NCBI GenBank assembly: GCA_965217865.1
Contig: CBDCJO010000002.1
Span: 1,760,001-1,824,000 of the forward strand
DNA: 64,000 nucleotides
Reading direction: 5' to 3'
Source: Candidatus Latescibacterota bacterium
GTDB taxonomy: Bacteria > Latescibacterota > UBA2968 > SICM01
Positions 54,511-64,000 of the stretch are shown here, piece by piece. Both the position numbers and the translations under genes were made by a program. Position 1 is the stretch's first letter, and every line of letters starts with the position of its first letter. Under the pieces are notes generated by a model that was not told where the DNA came from, made no database searches, and was given only the letters and a program-made list of their open reading frames with translations.

Positions 54511-55182
54511 ATGATCGGGAACCTGATCTTGAGCGGAGGGGTGGCGCACGACTTTATTTCGACTTCATCTATTCTTGCGGATGTGCTGTCAGAAGTCGGA
54601 ATCGGGTCGGAGATCCACGAGGATTTCAGGGTTGTTGAGGAGGGCGCGATCCACAGATTTGACCTGCTCACCCTGAACTGCGTCCGATGGACCTGTGCGC
54701 ATACACCTCAATGGAAAGACGAGTGGGGATTCCGACTCTCGGAGAAATCAAAAGCCGGATTTCTGAGGTTCCTCGAAGAGGGAAAGGGGCTCCTCGCTCT
54801 GCACGCCGCAACCATCTGTTTCGACGACTGGCGTGAGTACAGGGAAATCCTCGGAGCCTGGTGGGAATGGGGGTCATCCGGACACGCTCCCCTGCAGGAA
54901 CACCGGATCCGGGTCAACTCCGGCAGACACCCCATCGTTCAGAACGTCGGGGATTTCGATGTGTTCGATGAACTTTACACCGACCCCGAAATAACGGACG
55001 AGGTTGATCCCCTGCTCGAAGGCGAGTGGGCGGGAAAGAAACACCCGGTCATGTGGGTGAGAAACTACGGAAAGGCACGGGTATGCTATAACGCCCTGGG
55101 CCACTGCCCCCGGGCATTCGGAAACCCGATGGTTCGACTGCTGTTCCAGCGCGGAGCGCTCTGGGTATGCGGGAAAGGGTAG
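54511..55182 (+). CDS. ThuA domain protein
   Basis: LILSGG..HDF, GKGLLALHAA, DELY, YGKARVCYNALGH. Confidence 0.9.
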   Translation: MIGNLILSGGVAHDFISTSSILADVLSEVGIGSEIHEDFRVVEEGAIHRFDLLTLNCVRWTCAHTPQWKDEWGFRLSEKSKAGFLRFLEEGKGLLALHAATICFDDWREYREILGAWWEWGSSGHAPLQEHRIRVNSGRHPIVQNVGDFDVFDELYTDPEITDEVDPLLEGEWAGKKHPVMWVRNYGKARVCYNALGHCPRAFGNPMVRLLFQRGALWVCGKG

Positions 55183-55206
55183 GGATCGAGTTCGCAGAGA
55201 GGAAAT

Positions 55207-56394
55207 CTATTCATTTACACCTTCCGGAAAAATCTGGACCAAAATCTGTGGATGAGAAAGGCCCTCTGACCGCAACCGGTCATAAGTGGGGCGATGGGCC
55301 CAGGCTTTTCTCCCAGGCCCTCGAATATCGTATTTCTCCGGATAGCTCAGGGGTAGTTTCCCTTCTTCAATCATCAAGGCCATCGGATTGTCGGTGACCA
55401 AAAGAGGCAGTCGAACGACCTCGTGGTCCCGTGCGGACTGGTAGAGCGCCATCATGATCTCCATCGCCTTACGGGTCTGCACCCCCTCGCTCCGATATGC
55501 CGCCTCACCGTCCATCCACGCCTTCAGCCCTCGAGCCTGCGCCGCATAGGCCACGTGGAAAAACCCCTCCAGATCGGCTTTGTTCGCGCTGGTTTCGGTT
55601 TCAGGATCCCATGGAGTGGATAGAACTGCCTTCCCGCCAGTGCCGTTAATAAGTTGGACCTCTTCAGGCCCTACGATCATCACACCCTCCGCACCTTGTA
55701 TCGTGAAACCATCGGGTTCGTTTCGGGAAGAAAGATCCACCTGAATAAGGGACTGAACCCCTCCGGCATAGGCCGTCAACCCAAGACAGCAGTCCTCGAT
55801 CGGGACCTCTCGTTCCCAACGGTCCGACTTTCGCTCAACCGCCCCCATCACCCACTCGGCCTGAGGGTCCCCGAGGACATATCGAGTCCCATCTACGACG
55901 TGACTGCCCGTGTTGAGGAGGCCATCGATAACGTATCCCGTTGCCATCATCGGTTGACCGATCGCTCCCTGACCGATCAGCCTGCGGGCTTCGGTCCAAC
56001 CCGGATAAAATCGCCGCTGATGGGCGATTGCCAACTTCGTGTCGGAGGCCGTGCAGGCGGCGATCATCCGGTCGGCCTCCGCAAGGCTGCCCGACATCGG
56101 CTTTTCACAAAGCACTGCCTTGACACCGTGTTCATCCGCCATCACGGTCTGGGGCATATGGAGCAGGTGCCAGGTGCACACACTGACAATATCCAGAGAC
56201 TCCTGCTTCAACATCTCTTCCGGATCCGAATACATTTTCGGCACGGAGAATGATGTTTGGAAACTTCGCGATGTCTCGCCGTTGGGTTCCGCCCCTGCGA
56301 CGATCTCGAGGCCTTCCACACTCAGATACCCCTTGGCGTGCCGCTTCGCTATATTTCCGCAACCGATGATGCCGACTCGATATCCACCCGCCAT
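55207..56394 (-). CDS. Gfo/Idh/MocA oxidoreductase
   Basis: GIIGCG, VLCEKP, AHQRRF. Confidence 0.92.
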   Translation of the reverse strand: MAGGYRVGIIGCGNIAKRHAKGYLSVEGLEIVAGAEPNGETSRSFQTSFSVPKMYSDPEEMLKQESLDIVSVCTWHLLHMPQTVMADEHGVKAVLCEKPMSGSLAEADRMIAACTASDTKLAIAHQRRFYPGWTEARRLIGQGAIGQPMMATGYVIDGLLNTGSHVVDGTRYVLGDPQAEWVMGAVERKSDRWEREVPIEDCCLGLTAYAGGVQSLIQVDLSSRNEPDGFTIQGAEGVMIVGPEEVQLINGTGGKAVLSTPWDPETETSANKADLEGFFHVAYAAQARGLKAWMDGEAAYRSEGVQTRKAMEIMMALYQSARDHEVVRLPLLVTDNPMALMIEEGKLPLSYPEKYDIRGPGRKAWAHRPTYDRLRSEGLSHPQILVQIFPEGVNE

Positions 56395-56439
56395 CTCAAT
56401 CTCCTCGATAATATTCCGACCCCTGCTTGGGTTGCCTAT

Positions 56440-57525
56440 TCATGATTTGGCATTATATTCGGATCTTCCCGCGTAAATGCCGTCTGCGATCGCCTGGTCC
56501 GTCCACATCTCTTGAACCGTGATCATGGGTGTGGCACGCCCGAGCACGCACTCCAGGAAGTGAAGCACTTCTCTCCGAGTCCGCAATCTTGAATCATCCT
56601 TGAAAGATGTCCCAAGGTTCTGAGCCAACTCCTCGGTCCGGTCGACATAGTCCCCATCCTTCCAGGACAGCAGTCTGAGGGGTTTCAACGAGGCGTAGCC
56701 CTTGGTCCCCCAGACATCCACGCCCTTGTTGTCGATCTGTGGAGGCGTCAGCCACATCCCTTCGACCGAAAGGGTCACACCATCTTTGAAACGGGCGTAA
56801 CCCGACACCAGGTCCTCTGTATCGTAGGTATCTCGAACTTCCTCCAGATTTGGGGGCAAAGACGGAAGGTCAGAAAATCGTGAACAGACAAACCCATCCA
56901 CGGATACAAGGGTGGGACAACCCAGGAACCAGACCGCCAGGTCGATCACGTGAACAGCGGTGCTGGCCAGGGATCCCCCACCCGAAAGGGCCTTGATATA
57001 GTGAGGCCCCCAGGTGGGCACGCTTGCCTCGTGAGACCAGGCACGGGCAAACAGCGGACGGCCCAGTCCACCGTCTCGGATGAACCGATGAACCACCAGA
57101 GCGTCATCCCTGAAACGGAAGTTATAACCCACCATAAGGAGCTTGTCCGCGTCCTTCGCCGTCCGGAGCATCTCCTCTGCCTGGCCCAGGGAAGGCGCCA
57201 TCGGCTTGGCCGCGAGGACGTGCGAGCCGGCCTTCAGCGCCGCAACCGTCGCTGCGGGTCGCACATCCGCAAGGGTGCCGACCATGACGACATCGAGTTT
57301 CTCCGCCTCCACCATCTCCCGGTAATCCCGGTAAATCGCAGGTCTGGCGTGATTCTGTTCGTCAAGCAACTCGCTGGCGATCTTCTCCGCTTTTTCAGGA
57401 ACCGCGTCGCAAAGGGCTGCCAGATGAGCCTCCGGATGATCAACGATATTTCGGGCATAAGCGTTTCGACCAAAGCCCCCGCAACCGATGACGCCGACGC
57501 GAAGGGACCCTTCTCTACCGTTCAT
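56440..57525 (-). CDS. Gfo/Idh/MocA oxidoreductase
   Basis: GVIGCGGFG, HVLAAKP, GYNFRF, GGGSL..VHVID. Confidence 0.9.
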   Translation of the reverse strand: MNGREGSLRVGVIGCGGFGRNAYARNIVDHPEAHLAALCDAVPEKAEKIASELLDEQNHARPAIYRDYREMVEAEKLDVVMVGTLADVRPAATVAALKAGSHVLAAKPMAPSLGQAEEMLRTAKDADKLLMVGYNFRFRDDALVVHRFIRDGGLGRPLFARAWSHEASVPTWGPHYIKALSGGGSLASTAVHVIDLAVWFLGCPTLVSVDGFVCSRFSDLPSLPPNLEEVRDTYDTEDLVSGYARFKDGVTLSVEGMWLTPPQIDNKGVDVWGTKGYASLKPLRLLSWKDGDYVDRTEELAQNLGTSFKDDSRLRTRREVLHFLECVLGRATPMITVQEMWTDQAIADGIYAGRSEYNAKS

Positions 57526-57665
57526 CCTGCCTCCTACACGTTGATTCCGAGGTGTGGGACCCTCGGGTGGTGGTGAGTGATGAGGACGTAATATAGAATC
57601 ATATTCATCCTTATGCACGATAAAAATCGGGGGTTCAAACGACCTTTTCCAATTCTACAAATTTC

Positions 57666-57694
57666 TTGACAGTGCACGGATATCCCTCTATGTT
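57666..57694 (+). promoter_or_regulatory. Sigma70-like promoter
   Basis: TTGACA-N17-TATGTT. Confidence 0.5.
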
Positions 57695-57773
57695 GACGGC
57701 CGCCCTGTTATTTTTGACGAGGGAGGGGAACTTCGTTTTTCCATTTCTTATTAATGGGAAGGAATGGAAGTAG

Positions 57774-58970
57774 ATGAGATACGACCTGCTGATAAAAGGC
57801 GGGACCTTAATCGACCCTTCGCAAGAGATCCACGCGACGAAGGACGTGGCTTTCGCAAACGGTCAAGTGGCGGAAGTGGGCGATGACCTGTCCCCGACGG
57901 ACGCGCGCGAGGTATTGGACGGGAGCGGATTCATCCTCACACCCGGGTTGATCGATCTGCACGTCCACGTATTTCCAGGCGTCAGCCATTATGGAATCGA
58001 CCCCGACCCCACATGTCTGGCCAGAGGGACAACCACCGTTGTCGATGCCGGCTCGGCCGGAGCGGATACGTTTGTTGGATTCCGGAAATACGTGATCGAT
58101 GTGAGTGATACCCGCATCTTCGCCCAACTCAACATCTCCTCGCAGGGAATGGTGACCAAGGATTTCGGGGAGCTTATAATCCCGGAACACGCGGATGTGG
58201 GCAAAGCGTGCGAGTTGATCGAACAGCATAGAGATGTGATCTTGGGGGTAAAGGTGCGTCTCACAAAAAACACCATTGTCAGTGAACAAGCCGGGATGAC
58301 CCCCCTGCTGCGGGCTCGCGAGGCGGCGGATGCGGCCGGCCTCCCGATCATGGTCCATCCTCAAGCCGCCTGGTGTGACTCGATCGACGATATCCTGGTC
58401 CATATGCGCGAACGGGATATCCTGACACACTGTTTCCACGGGATGGCCTGCGGAATTTTAGATGATGGAGGACGGGTTCGCACATCCGTCCACGAAGCGA
58501 TGGCGCGGGGCGTGATATTCGATGTGGGGCACGGAGCTGGCTCTTTTAAATGGGAGGTGGTCGAAACAGCCATGGAGCAGGATATCCACGCGCAGACCAT
58601 CTCCTCCGACCTGCACAAATACAACCTCAACGGACCGGTGTACGACCTTGCGGATGTCGTAAGCAAGTTCCTCCATCTCGGCTTGTCCCTGGACGATGCG
58701 ATTGCAAAAGCGACCCAGGTCCCCGCCCGGGTCATCGGGATGGAAGATAAGATCGGAACCCTATCTGTGGGCGCGTGGGGAGATGCGGTTCTGTTCGAAT
58801 TGCGAGACGGCGATTTTCGGATGGCCGACATCGAGGGAACTGTGCGAATCGGCAAACAAAGGCTCGAGCCCCTTACGGTCATCAAAGGCGGCCGTGTTTA
58901 TCGGAGAAAATGTCATCCAGCGGAACGGGGGGAGTCCGGTCCCACCCGACGTCTTGACACAAGGCCTTGA
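57774..58970 (+). CDS. Amidohydrolase/deacetylase-family metallohydrolase (dihydroorotase-like)
   Basis: PGLIDLHVH, GTTTVVDAGSAG, GVKVR, THCFH, DVGHGAGSF, ISSDLH. Confidence 0.9.
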   Translation: MRYDLLIKGGTLIDPSQEIHATKDVAFANGQVAEVGDDLSPTDAREVLDGSGFILTPGLIDLHVHVFPGVSHYGIDPDPTCLARGTTTVVDAGSAGADTFVGFRKYVIDVSDTRIFAQLNISSQGMVTKDFGELIIPEHADVGKACELIEQHRDVILGVKVRLTKNTIVSEQAGMTPLLRAREAADAAGLPIMVHPQAAWCDSIDDILVHMRERDILTHCFHGMACGILDDGGRVRTSVHEAMARGVIFDVGHGAGSFKWEVVETAMEQDIHAQTISSDLHKYNLNGPVYDLADVVSKFLHLGLSLDDAIAKATQVPARVIGMEDKIGTLSVGAWGDAVLFELRDGDFRMADIEGTVRIGKQRLEPLTVIKGGRVYRRKCHPAERGESGPTRRLDTRP

Positions 58971-59062
58971 CTCGCGACGGTTATCGATTATATTCATTAT
59001 CCTTAGAAAGGTTCAAGACCCTTCCAATCAAGACCTGTCACACCTTCGGAGGCCCAGGCAAC

Positions 59063-59695
59063 ATGAGAGAAGATACGGACGTGAGATATGAAGACGATGA
59101 CGAGGATGAGGACGAGGAGCAGGAAGACAAGAAGAAAGATAATTCCTTCGACGGCGACCTCGGCAAACAACTGATGAAGTCCCGTACCATCATGTTCACG
59201 GACACTGTCGATTCAAAAATCGCAACCCGCATCACCGCCCAACTCCTCCTTCTTGATCAGGAGGATCACAAAAAACCGATCCGAATGTTTATCAATTCGC
59301 CCGGCGGACACGCCGATAGTGGATTCGCCATTTATGATCTGATAAGATTCATTCAGGCACCGGTAAAAATCATCGTGGCGGGAATCGCGGCCAGCGCAGC
59401 GGCGATCGTACTTGTCGGAGCGAAGAAGGAGAATCGATTCTCACTCCCGAACTCCAGGATCCTCGTCCATCAGCCGATGGTCATGTTCGGGGGTGTAGCC
59501 GCGGACGTCAAAATCGGCGCAGAACAAATCATCAAGATGAGAGAGCGGGGAAATCAAATCATCGCAGAGGCTACCGGACAACCGCTCGAAAAAGTGGCGG
59601 ACGATACGGATCGGGACTTTTGGCTCACCGCCCAGGATGCAATCGAATACGGTCTTATCAGCAAAATCATCTCAAACCACCGAGATCTGAAATAA
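59063..59695 (+). CDS. clpP: ATP-dependent Clp protease proteolytic subunit
   Basis: FINSPGG, GIAASAA (Ser), ILVHQP (His), DRDFWLTAQDAIEYGL. Confidence 0.93.
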   Translation: MREDTDVRYEDDDEDEDEEQEDKKKDNSFDGDLGKQLMKSRTIMFTDTVDSKIATRITAQLLLLDQEDHKKPIRMFINSPGGHADSGFAIYDLIRFIQAPVKIIVAGIAASAAAIVLVGAKKENRFSLPNSRILVHQPMVMFGGVAADVKIGAEQIIKMRERGNQIIAEATGQPLEKVADDTDRDFWLTAQDAIEYGLISKIISNHRDLK

Positions 59696-59733
59696 CGGTC
59701 CCAGGTTTTCAAGTTCAGGGAAATTCTTCTCGT

Positions 59734-60057
59734 TTACGTTTCATGTTTTCCCTGGTCTTCTTTCCACTGCCTGTCCATTCTGTAGACAAAGGCCAGGACC
59801 TCGGCAACCACCTTGTAGAGTTCGGCCGGAATCTCCGCACCCAAGTCAAGACGACACAAGATCTCCACCAGCGAAGGGTCCTCGTGAATCGGAATGCCGG
59901 CTTCCCGGGCCAGGGCCAGAATCCGCTCAGCAACCCGCCCCCGTCCCGCAGCCGTCAGTCGGGGTGCTGCGTCCTCCTCGCGCTTATATCGTAAAGCTGC
60001 GGCGGCCTTTCGCCGATCGGTCTCTGTCAACTCTTGAATTTTATCTTTTTCTTCCAT
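59734..60057 (-). CDS. FlhB/EscU C-terminal-like small protein
   Basis: AAALRY..APRLTAAGRG..AERI..IPIHEDP..EIPAELYKVVAEVLAFVY. Confidence 0.9.
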   Translation of the reverse strand: MEEKDKIQELTETDRRKAAAALRYKREEDAAPRLTAAGRGRVAERILALAREAGIPIHEDPSLVEILCRLDLGAEIPAELYKVVAEVLAFVYRMDRQWKEDQGKHET

Positions 60058-60123
60058 TCAGAATTCCGAAATCTGACTATTGCTTTTCTCTTTGATTTTG
60101 AATTCTGACGCCTGATCCTGCAT

Positions 60124-60471
60124 TCAGCTTTTTACCTTCACCCTGGCTCCTGCCTCTCCTGTATTCTGCTTCTCCTCTTCTTTTTTGAGTCTCTCCGAAA
60201 TCTTTTCCAGAAATTTCAATCCCCGTTTCGGATGCTGTCCATACCAGTCGATCGTCCGCTCTACATCTTCCACATCCAGCCCACTGGCTTCAAAAAGTTT
60301 CATCCGTAGAATTTGTAACGAGTCGGAGGAAGCGGCATATCTCCCATTCAGGCGCTCCACCTGCACATAAAGATCCACAAGCCGATCCTCGGCGACCGGT
60401 GGCTCCGGTTCGGGCTTAGAACAACCATAAAGAAAGCTCGAAATCACCAAAACAAGAAACAACGACTTCAT
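60124..60471 (-). CDS. Lipoprotein (DUF4296-like)
   Basis: Lipobox LYGC; TIDWYGQHP. Confidence 0.65.
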   Translation of the reverse strand: MKSLFLVLVISSFLYGCSKPEPEPPVAEDRLVDLYVQVERLNGRYAASSDSLQILRMKLFEASGLDVEDVERTIDWYGQHPKRGLKFLEKISERLKKEEEKQNTGEAGARVKVKS

Positions 60472-60558
60472 GCCTCAAAGCCAAGGGGGGTTATAAATTC
60501 GCTGCGCAATCCGATTCTTCGTTAGAAGTCTTCGGCCACGCTCGACCTCGTGCGAGCC

Positions 60559-60613
60559 GTATAACGTACAGAGCTGATCGCTTTTTGGAGTTCGCTCCAA
60601 CGCGTGGTTAGAC
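60559..60613 (-). other. Integron attC site
   Basis: Minus GTCTAAC-CACGC-GTTGGAGC...GATCAGC-TCTGTAC-GTTATAC, 7 nt after the VOC gene stop. Confidence 0.75.
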
Positions 60614-60620
60614 GTCATAG

Positions 60621-60986
60621 CTACGCTGGCTGAAAGAGCTCAACTACGTTACCAGAAGGGTCTTTACAGAGAATCTGTTTGCCACCCGGCCCCTCTACAA
60701 TATCGTTTCTGAATCTTACACCATCGTTCGTGAGCTTTGAAACGAGGGATTCCAAATCGTCGACAGTCAAGACGAACCTAGACCAGCCTCCCGGACTGGG
60801 TTTAGCGCCATCTGGCATTGGTCTGGACGCAGATGCTTTTGGCCCCGCAACTCACAGCGTCAAGTCGCCATGTACCAAGATTGCCATCGCAGGGCCGTAT
60901 TGCTGTTCGAGTTCAAAGCCAAGCTTTGAGACATAGAAGGCAACGGCATCTGATACGTCATCTACGATGTACCTTACATGTGCCAT
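60621..60986 (-). pseudogene. VOC/glyoxalase-family gene with internal TGA
   Basis: MAHVRYIVDDV..AVAFY..LGF; LTL*VAGP (TGA at 60852-54); GPGGKQIL..DPSGNVVELFQP. Confidence 0.85.
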
Positions 60987-61259
60987 CCTTTTGGCTCCTT
61001 TGCGGGTATAGAGGGTCTCCGCACTCAAATAAATTGGGTCCTAATGCACAGAAATTGGACACTCGGTCAGGTTGGAAGAATCGGGCGATGTCATAATTAT
61101 TTGAGGTACAGCCTGTTCTAAAGACACCAGAGTTAAATAAAATTCATCCCACAAAGATACCGTCAATCCAAAGGACTGTCAAGAAAGCACCGGCTTGATG
61201 CAGGCTTATATCCCTTGAGTAATTTGAAATTTGAGGAATAAAAGAGGAAAAAGTATTGA

Positions 61260-61288
61260 TTGACAAAGAAGAGAAAAAATTGTAAGGT
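61260..61288 (+). promoter_or_regulatory. Sigma70-like promoter for guaB
   Basis: TTGACA-N17-TAAGGT with an A-rich upstream region. Confidence 0.55.
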
Positions 61289-61414
61289 ATGTATTCTATA
61301 TTAGAAATTTGGTCTCCAGACCAGGATTCCTGGTAAGTCCATTGGTTATATCAGCGTTACAAAAATATAGGCTCCCTTCGGAGGCCCCATTCCGAAGTGG
61401 GGGTCCGTCAAAAA

Positions 61415-61454
61415 GACGCTCCTTGGCCGCTCAGGTCAAGGAGCGTTTGTGTTT
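61415..61454 (+). terminator. Terminator-like hairpin in the guaB leader
   Basis: ACGCTCCTTGGCC-GCTCA-GGTCAAGGAGCGT then TTGTGTTT. Confidence 0.55.
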
Positions 61455-61477
61455 ATTCTAGGAGGTCAGGAAATCCC

Positions 61478-62935
61478 ATGCCAAAATTCGTCAAAGAAGC
61501 CCTTACCTTCAATGACGTCATGCTCGTCCCGGGCAGATCGGATGTCCTCCCCAAAGACGCAGACACCGGCACACGGTTAACCAATCGAATCCGGCTCAAC
61601 ATCCCCCTGGTCAGCGCTGCTATGGACACGGTGACGGAGGCCAGGTTGGCCGTGGCTATCGCCCAGGATGGAGGAATCGGGATCATCCACAAGAACATGT
61701 CGATTGCGGATCAGGCCGGTGAGGTGGAGAAAGTAAAACGGTCAGAGAGCGGGATGATCGTCGATCCGATCACACTCTCTCCAACCGATTCCATACACAA
61801 GGCGCTGGAGTTGATGCAGCAGTTTCACATTTCCGGTGTCCCGATTGTTCATGCCGGACGCCTCGTCGGCATTCTGACGAACCGGGATCTCCGATTTGAG
61901 AGGAACATGGACCAGCCCATCGAGGAAGTGATGACGAAAGACAATCTCGTTACCGCGCCTCTGGGAATAACCCTCGATGAGGCAACGGAGATTCTGCACC
62001 AGAATCGAATCGAGAAATTGCCGGTCGTGGATGAAGCGGGAATTCTCAAGGGCTTGATCACCGTCAAAGACATCCAGAAGAAGATTCAGTATCCACACGC
62101 CTGTGTGGACGAAATCGGTCGGCTCCGGGTGGGGGCAGCCGTCGGCGCGAGCCAGGACGCCGAACAACGCATTGAACCACTCCTTGAAAGAGATGTCGAT
62201 GTTATCGTCGTAGATTCGGCTCACGGACACTCGAAAGGGGTCCTCGATACCGTCGAGCATGTTCGAAACAAACATCCCGATATCGATCTAATTGCAGGGA
62301 ACATCGCAACAAAAGAGGCCGCACAGGATCTCATCTCCGCGGGGGTCGATGCGATCAAGGTCGGTATGGGACCCTCTGCTATTTGTACGACCCGGATCGT
62401 TGCCGGAACAGGCGTTCCTCAGATCACCGCCGTGTTGGACTGTGCCGAAGTTGCAGAGAAACAAGATATCCCGGTTATCTCCGATGGCGGCATTGCGCAT
62501 TCTGGAGACATCCCAAAGGCCATCGCAGCAGGTGCTTCAACGGTGATGATCGGATACCTCTTCTCTGGAACGGATGAGAGCCCCGGAGAGACCATCATCT
62601 ACCAGGGTCGCACCTTCAAGGTATATCGCGGAATGGGTTCGCTATCTGCGATGGAACGGGGAAGCGGTGACCGATATTTCCAGGGTGGTGAGGAACCATC
62701 AAAAATGGTCGCCGAAGGGATTGAAGGCCGGGTCCCTTACAAGGGATCGCTATCGGGTTATATATACCAGTTGGTGGGCGGACTCCGGGCAGGCATGGGT
62801 TACTGCGGGGTGAAAACGGTCGAGGAATTGCGAAAAAACGGACAGTTCGTGAAAGTGACACACGCCGGCGTTCAGGAGAGCCACCCCCACGATATCGCGA
62901 TAACAAAAGAGGCCCCGAATTACCGACTGGATTGA
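61478..62935 (+). CDS. guaB: IMP dehydrogenase
   Basis: [16 protein letters not shown], two CBS domains, [19 protein letters not shown]. Confidence 0.97.
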   Translation: MPKFVKEALTFNDVMLVPGRSDVLPKDADTGTRLTNRIRLNIPLVSAAMDTVTEARLAVAIAQDGGIGIIHKNMSIADQAGEVEKVKRSESGMIVDPITLSPTDSIHKALELMQQFHISGVPIVHAGRLVGILTNRDLRFERNMDQPIEEVMTKDNLVTAPLGITLDEATEILHQNRIEKLPVVDEAGILKGLITVKDIQKKIQYPHACVDEIGRLRVGAAVGASQDAEQRIEPLLERDVDVIVVDSAHGHSKGVLDTVEHVRNKHPDIDLIAGNIATKEAAQDLISAGVDAIKVGMGPSAICTTRIVAGTGVPQITAVLDCAEVAEKQDIPVISDGGIAHSGDIPKAIAAGASTVMIGYLFSGTDESPGETIIYQGRTFKVYRGMGSLSAMERGSGDRYFQGGEEPSKMVAEGIEGRVPYKGSLSGYIYQLVGGLRAGMGYCGVKTVEELRKNGQFVKVTHAGVQESHPHDIAITKEAPNYRLD

Positions 62936-62937
62936 GA

Positions 62938-63060
62938 CAGTGGCAGTAGTGGCAGTGGCAGTAGGATTTGTAGTAGTAGTAGGAAAATAGTTGATTCTAT
63001 TCCTCAAATGATACTGTTTTTTTTCCCCCCCGACCCCTGATCCCCAATCCCCAGACCCTT
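62938..63060. repeat. Low-complexity intergenic repeats
   Basis: GTGGCA/GTA tract 62938-62983; degenerate heptamers CCCCTGA/TCCCCAA/TCCCCAG near 63030-63058. Confidence 0.6.
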
Positions 63061-63083
63061 CATTTCACGTTTTTGGGAATTTC

Positions 63084-64000
63084 ATGTTTGATCTAGAAAC
63101 GGCCAGGGCGGAATTTCCCGTGACCCGCTCCTGGATCTATCTCAATCACGCTGGAATCGCCCCCGTTTCACGCCGGGTTCAACAAGCCGTCGGGTCCCTT
63201 CTTCAGGACGTAGCAGAAGGTGGAATGGTAAACCATGCGGCCTGGACAAAGACCATCCAGCGAACTCGAAAAATAACCGCGAAAATTCTCAACGCGCGCC
63301 CTTCGGAGATTGCGTTTGTGAACAACACCACTGCGGGTATCCTGATCGTGGCAAACGGCATTCGGTGGCGCCGTGGAGATAACGTTGTCATTGCGGAGAA
63401 GGAGTTCCCTGCGAATGTCTACCCCTGGCTCAATCTCGAGCGAAAAGGTGTATCGGTCAGGATTGTCAGGGAATCTGACGGATGCATTCCCGTCGAAGAG
63501 GTGGCCCGGCAGATCGACGAAAGCACCCGGGTCCTTTCTCTCAGTTCCGTGGAATTCGCCACCGGCTACCGGAACGACCTCGATGCCCTGGGTCGTCTTT
63601 GCCGGGAGCGCAACATATTCTTCTGTGTGGACGCAATCCAGAGCCTTGGGGCTCTTTCCATCGATGTGAAACGTTCGGGCATCGATTTTCTATCCGCTGA
63701 CGGGCATAAGTGGCTCCTGGGTCCCGAGGGGGCTGGGATTTTTTACTGCAGCCGGTCCGCCATGAAGCGGATTGAGGTTTCCAGTTTGGGCTGGGCGGGT
63801 GTTGTGAATCCGACGGACTTTTTGGAATACGACGTAACCCTCGCAGCCACCGCCGAGCGATTTGAAACCGGGACCCCCAACACCGCTGGAATCTACGGCC
63901 TGCACGCGGCCCTCCAACTCATCCTGTCCGCGGGCATCGACAATATAGAGGCCCGCATCCTCTCCCTCACCGACCGTTTGTGTGAAGGGCTTCTCCAAAA
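63084..64000 (+). CDS. Class V PLP aminotransferase / cysteine desulfurase-like (runs off the window)
   Basis: RAEFP, YLNHAG, EFPANVYPW, CVDAIQSLG, ADGHKWLLGPEG, RFETGTPN. Confidence 0.92.
   Translation, partial: MFDLETARAEFPVTRSWIYLNHAGIAPVSRRVQQAVGSLLQDVAEGGMVNHAAWTKTIQRTRKITAKILNARPSEIAFVNNTTAGILIVANGIRWRRGDNVVIAEKEFPANVYPWLNLERKGVSVRIVRESDGCIPVEEVARQIDESTRVLSLSSVEFATGYRNDLDALGRLCRERNIFFCVDAIQSLGALSIDVKRSGIDFLSADGHKWLLGPEGAGIFYCSRSAMKRIEVSSLGWAGVVNPTDFLEYDVTLAATAERFETGTPNTAGIYGLHAALQLILSAGIDNIEARILSLTDRLCEGLLQ

Noticed and set aside
59063-59150. Acidic N-terminal extension of ClpP as a novelty
   Set aside because: Variable charged N-terminal extensions are common in ClpP paralogues and the catalytic triad is normal
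59734-60057. Type III secretion or flagellar locus
   Set aside because: Standalone FlhB C-terminal-like protein with no other export genes
60852-60854. TGA recoding (Trp or Sec), also suggested at ~24435
   Set aside because: Many genes here end in TGA, and the other IS copy has TGG at that codon, so these are nonsense changes or errors
62938-62983. Phase-variable contingency repeat
   Set aside because: Imperfect, intergenic and downstream of guaB; no evident effect on a frame or promoter

Overview
Bacterial window, roughly 55-60% GC by eye. The gene content (TonB-dependent receptors, ECF sigma factors with long C-terminal extensions, PhyH, Gfo/Idh/MocA, BNR/ThuA) suggests an FCB-type lineage such as Ca. 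Latescibacterota, which is inference only. 1-11.6 kb holds three TonB-dependent receptor genes separated by IS and DUF1156-methylase debris. 11.6-26.2 kb is a dense mobile-element graveyard (IS3, IS630, IS5/IS1182-like, a ~460-bp direct repeat) with defence and repair remnants: YhaN/YhaO-like pair, accD 5' fragment, XRE regulator, Avs4-like fragment, ParDE. 26.2-34.1 kb is a co-oriented minus-strand cluster: ECF-CTD, GNAT, ECF-CTD, GNAT, PEP-utilising phosphotransferase. It has a shared putative autoregulatory ECF promoter, a leader-peptide attenuator, a second terminator-containing leader and attC-like sites. 34.3-37.1 kb holds a structured non-coding region, REP-like repeats, an IS1595 remnant and a DUF1016N-thermonuclease fusion carrying an internal 24-bp palindrome that is duplicated upstream. 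37-64 kb is mostly metabolic and housekeeping genes. It is interrupted by an IS1595 MITE, an apparently intact IS1595 transporter element carrying a methyltransferase-HNH fusion, and an isolated VOC gene cassette with attC, and it ends with clpP, guaB and a class V aminotransferase. No CRISPR array, rRNA or tRNA was seen. Several small frameshifts may be sequencing errors. All family assignments come from motif recognition, not database searches.
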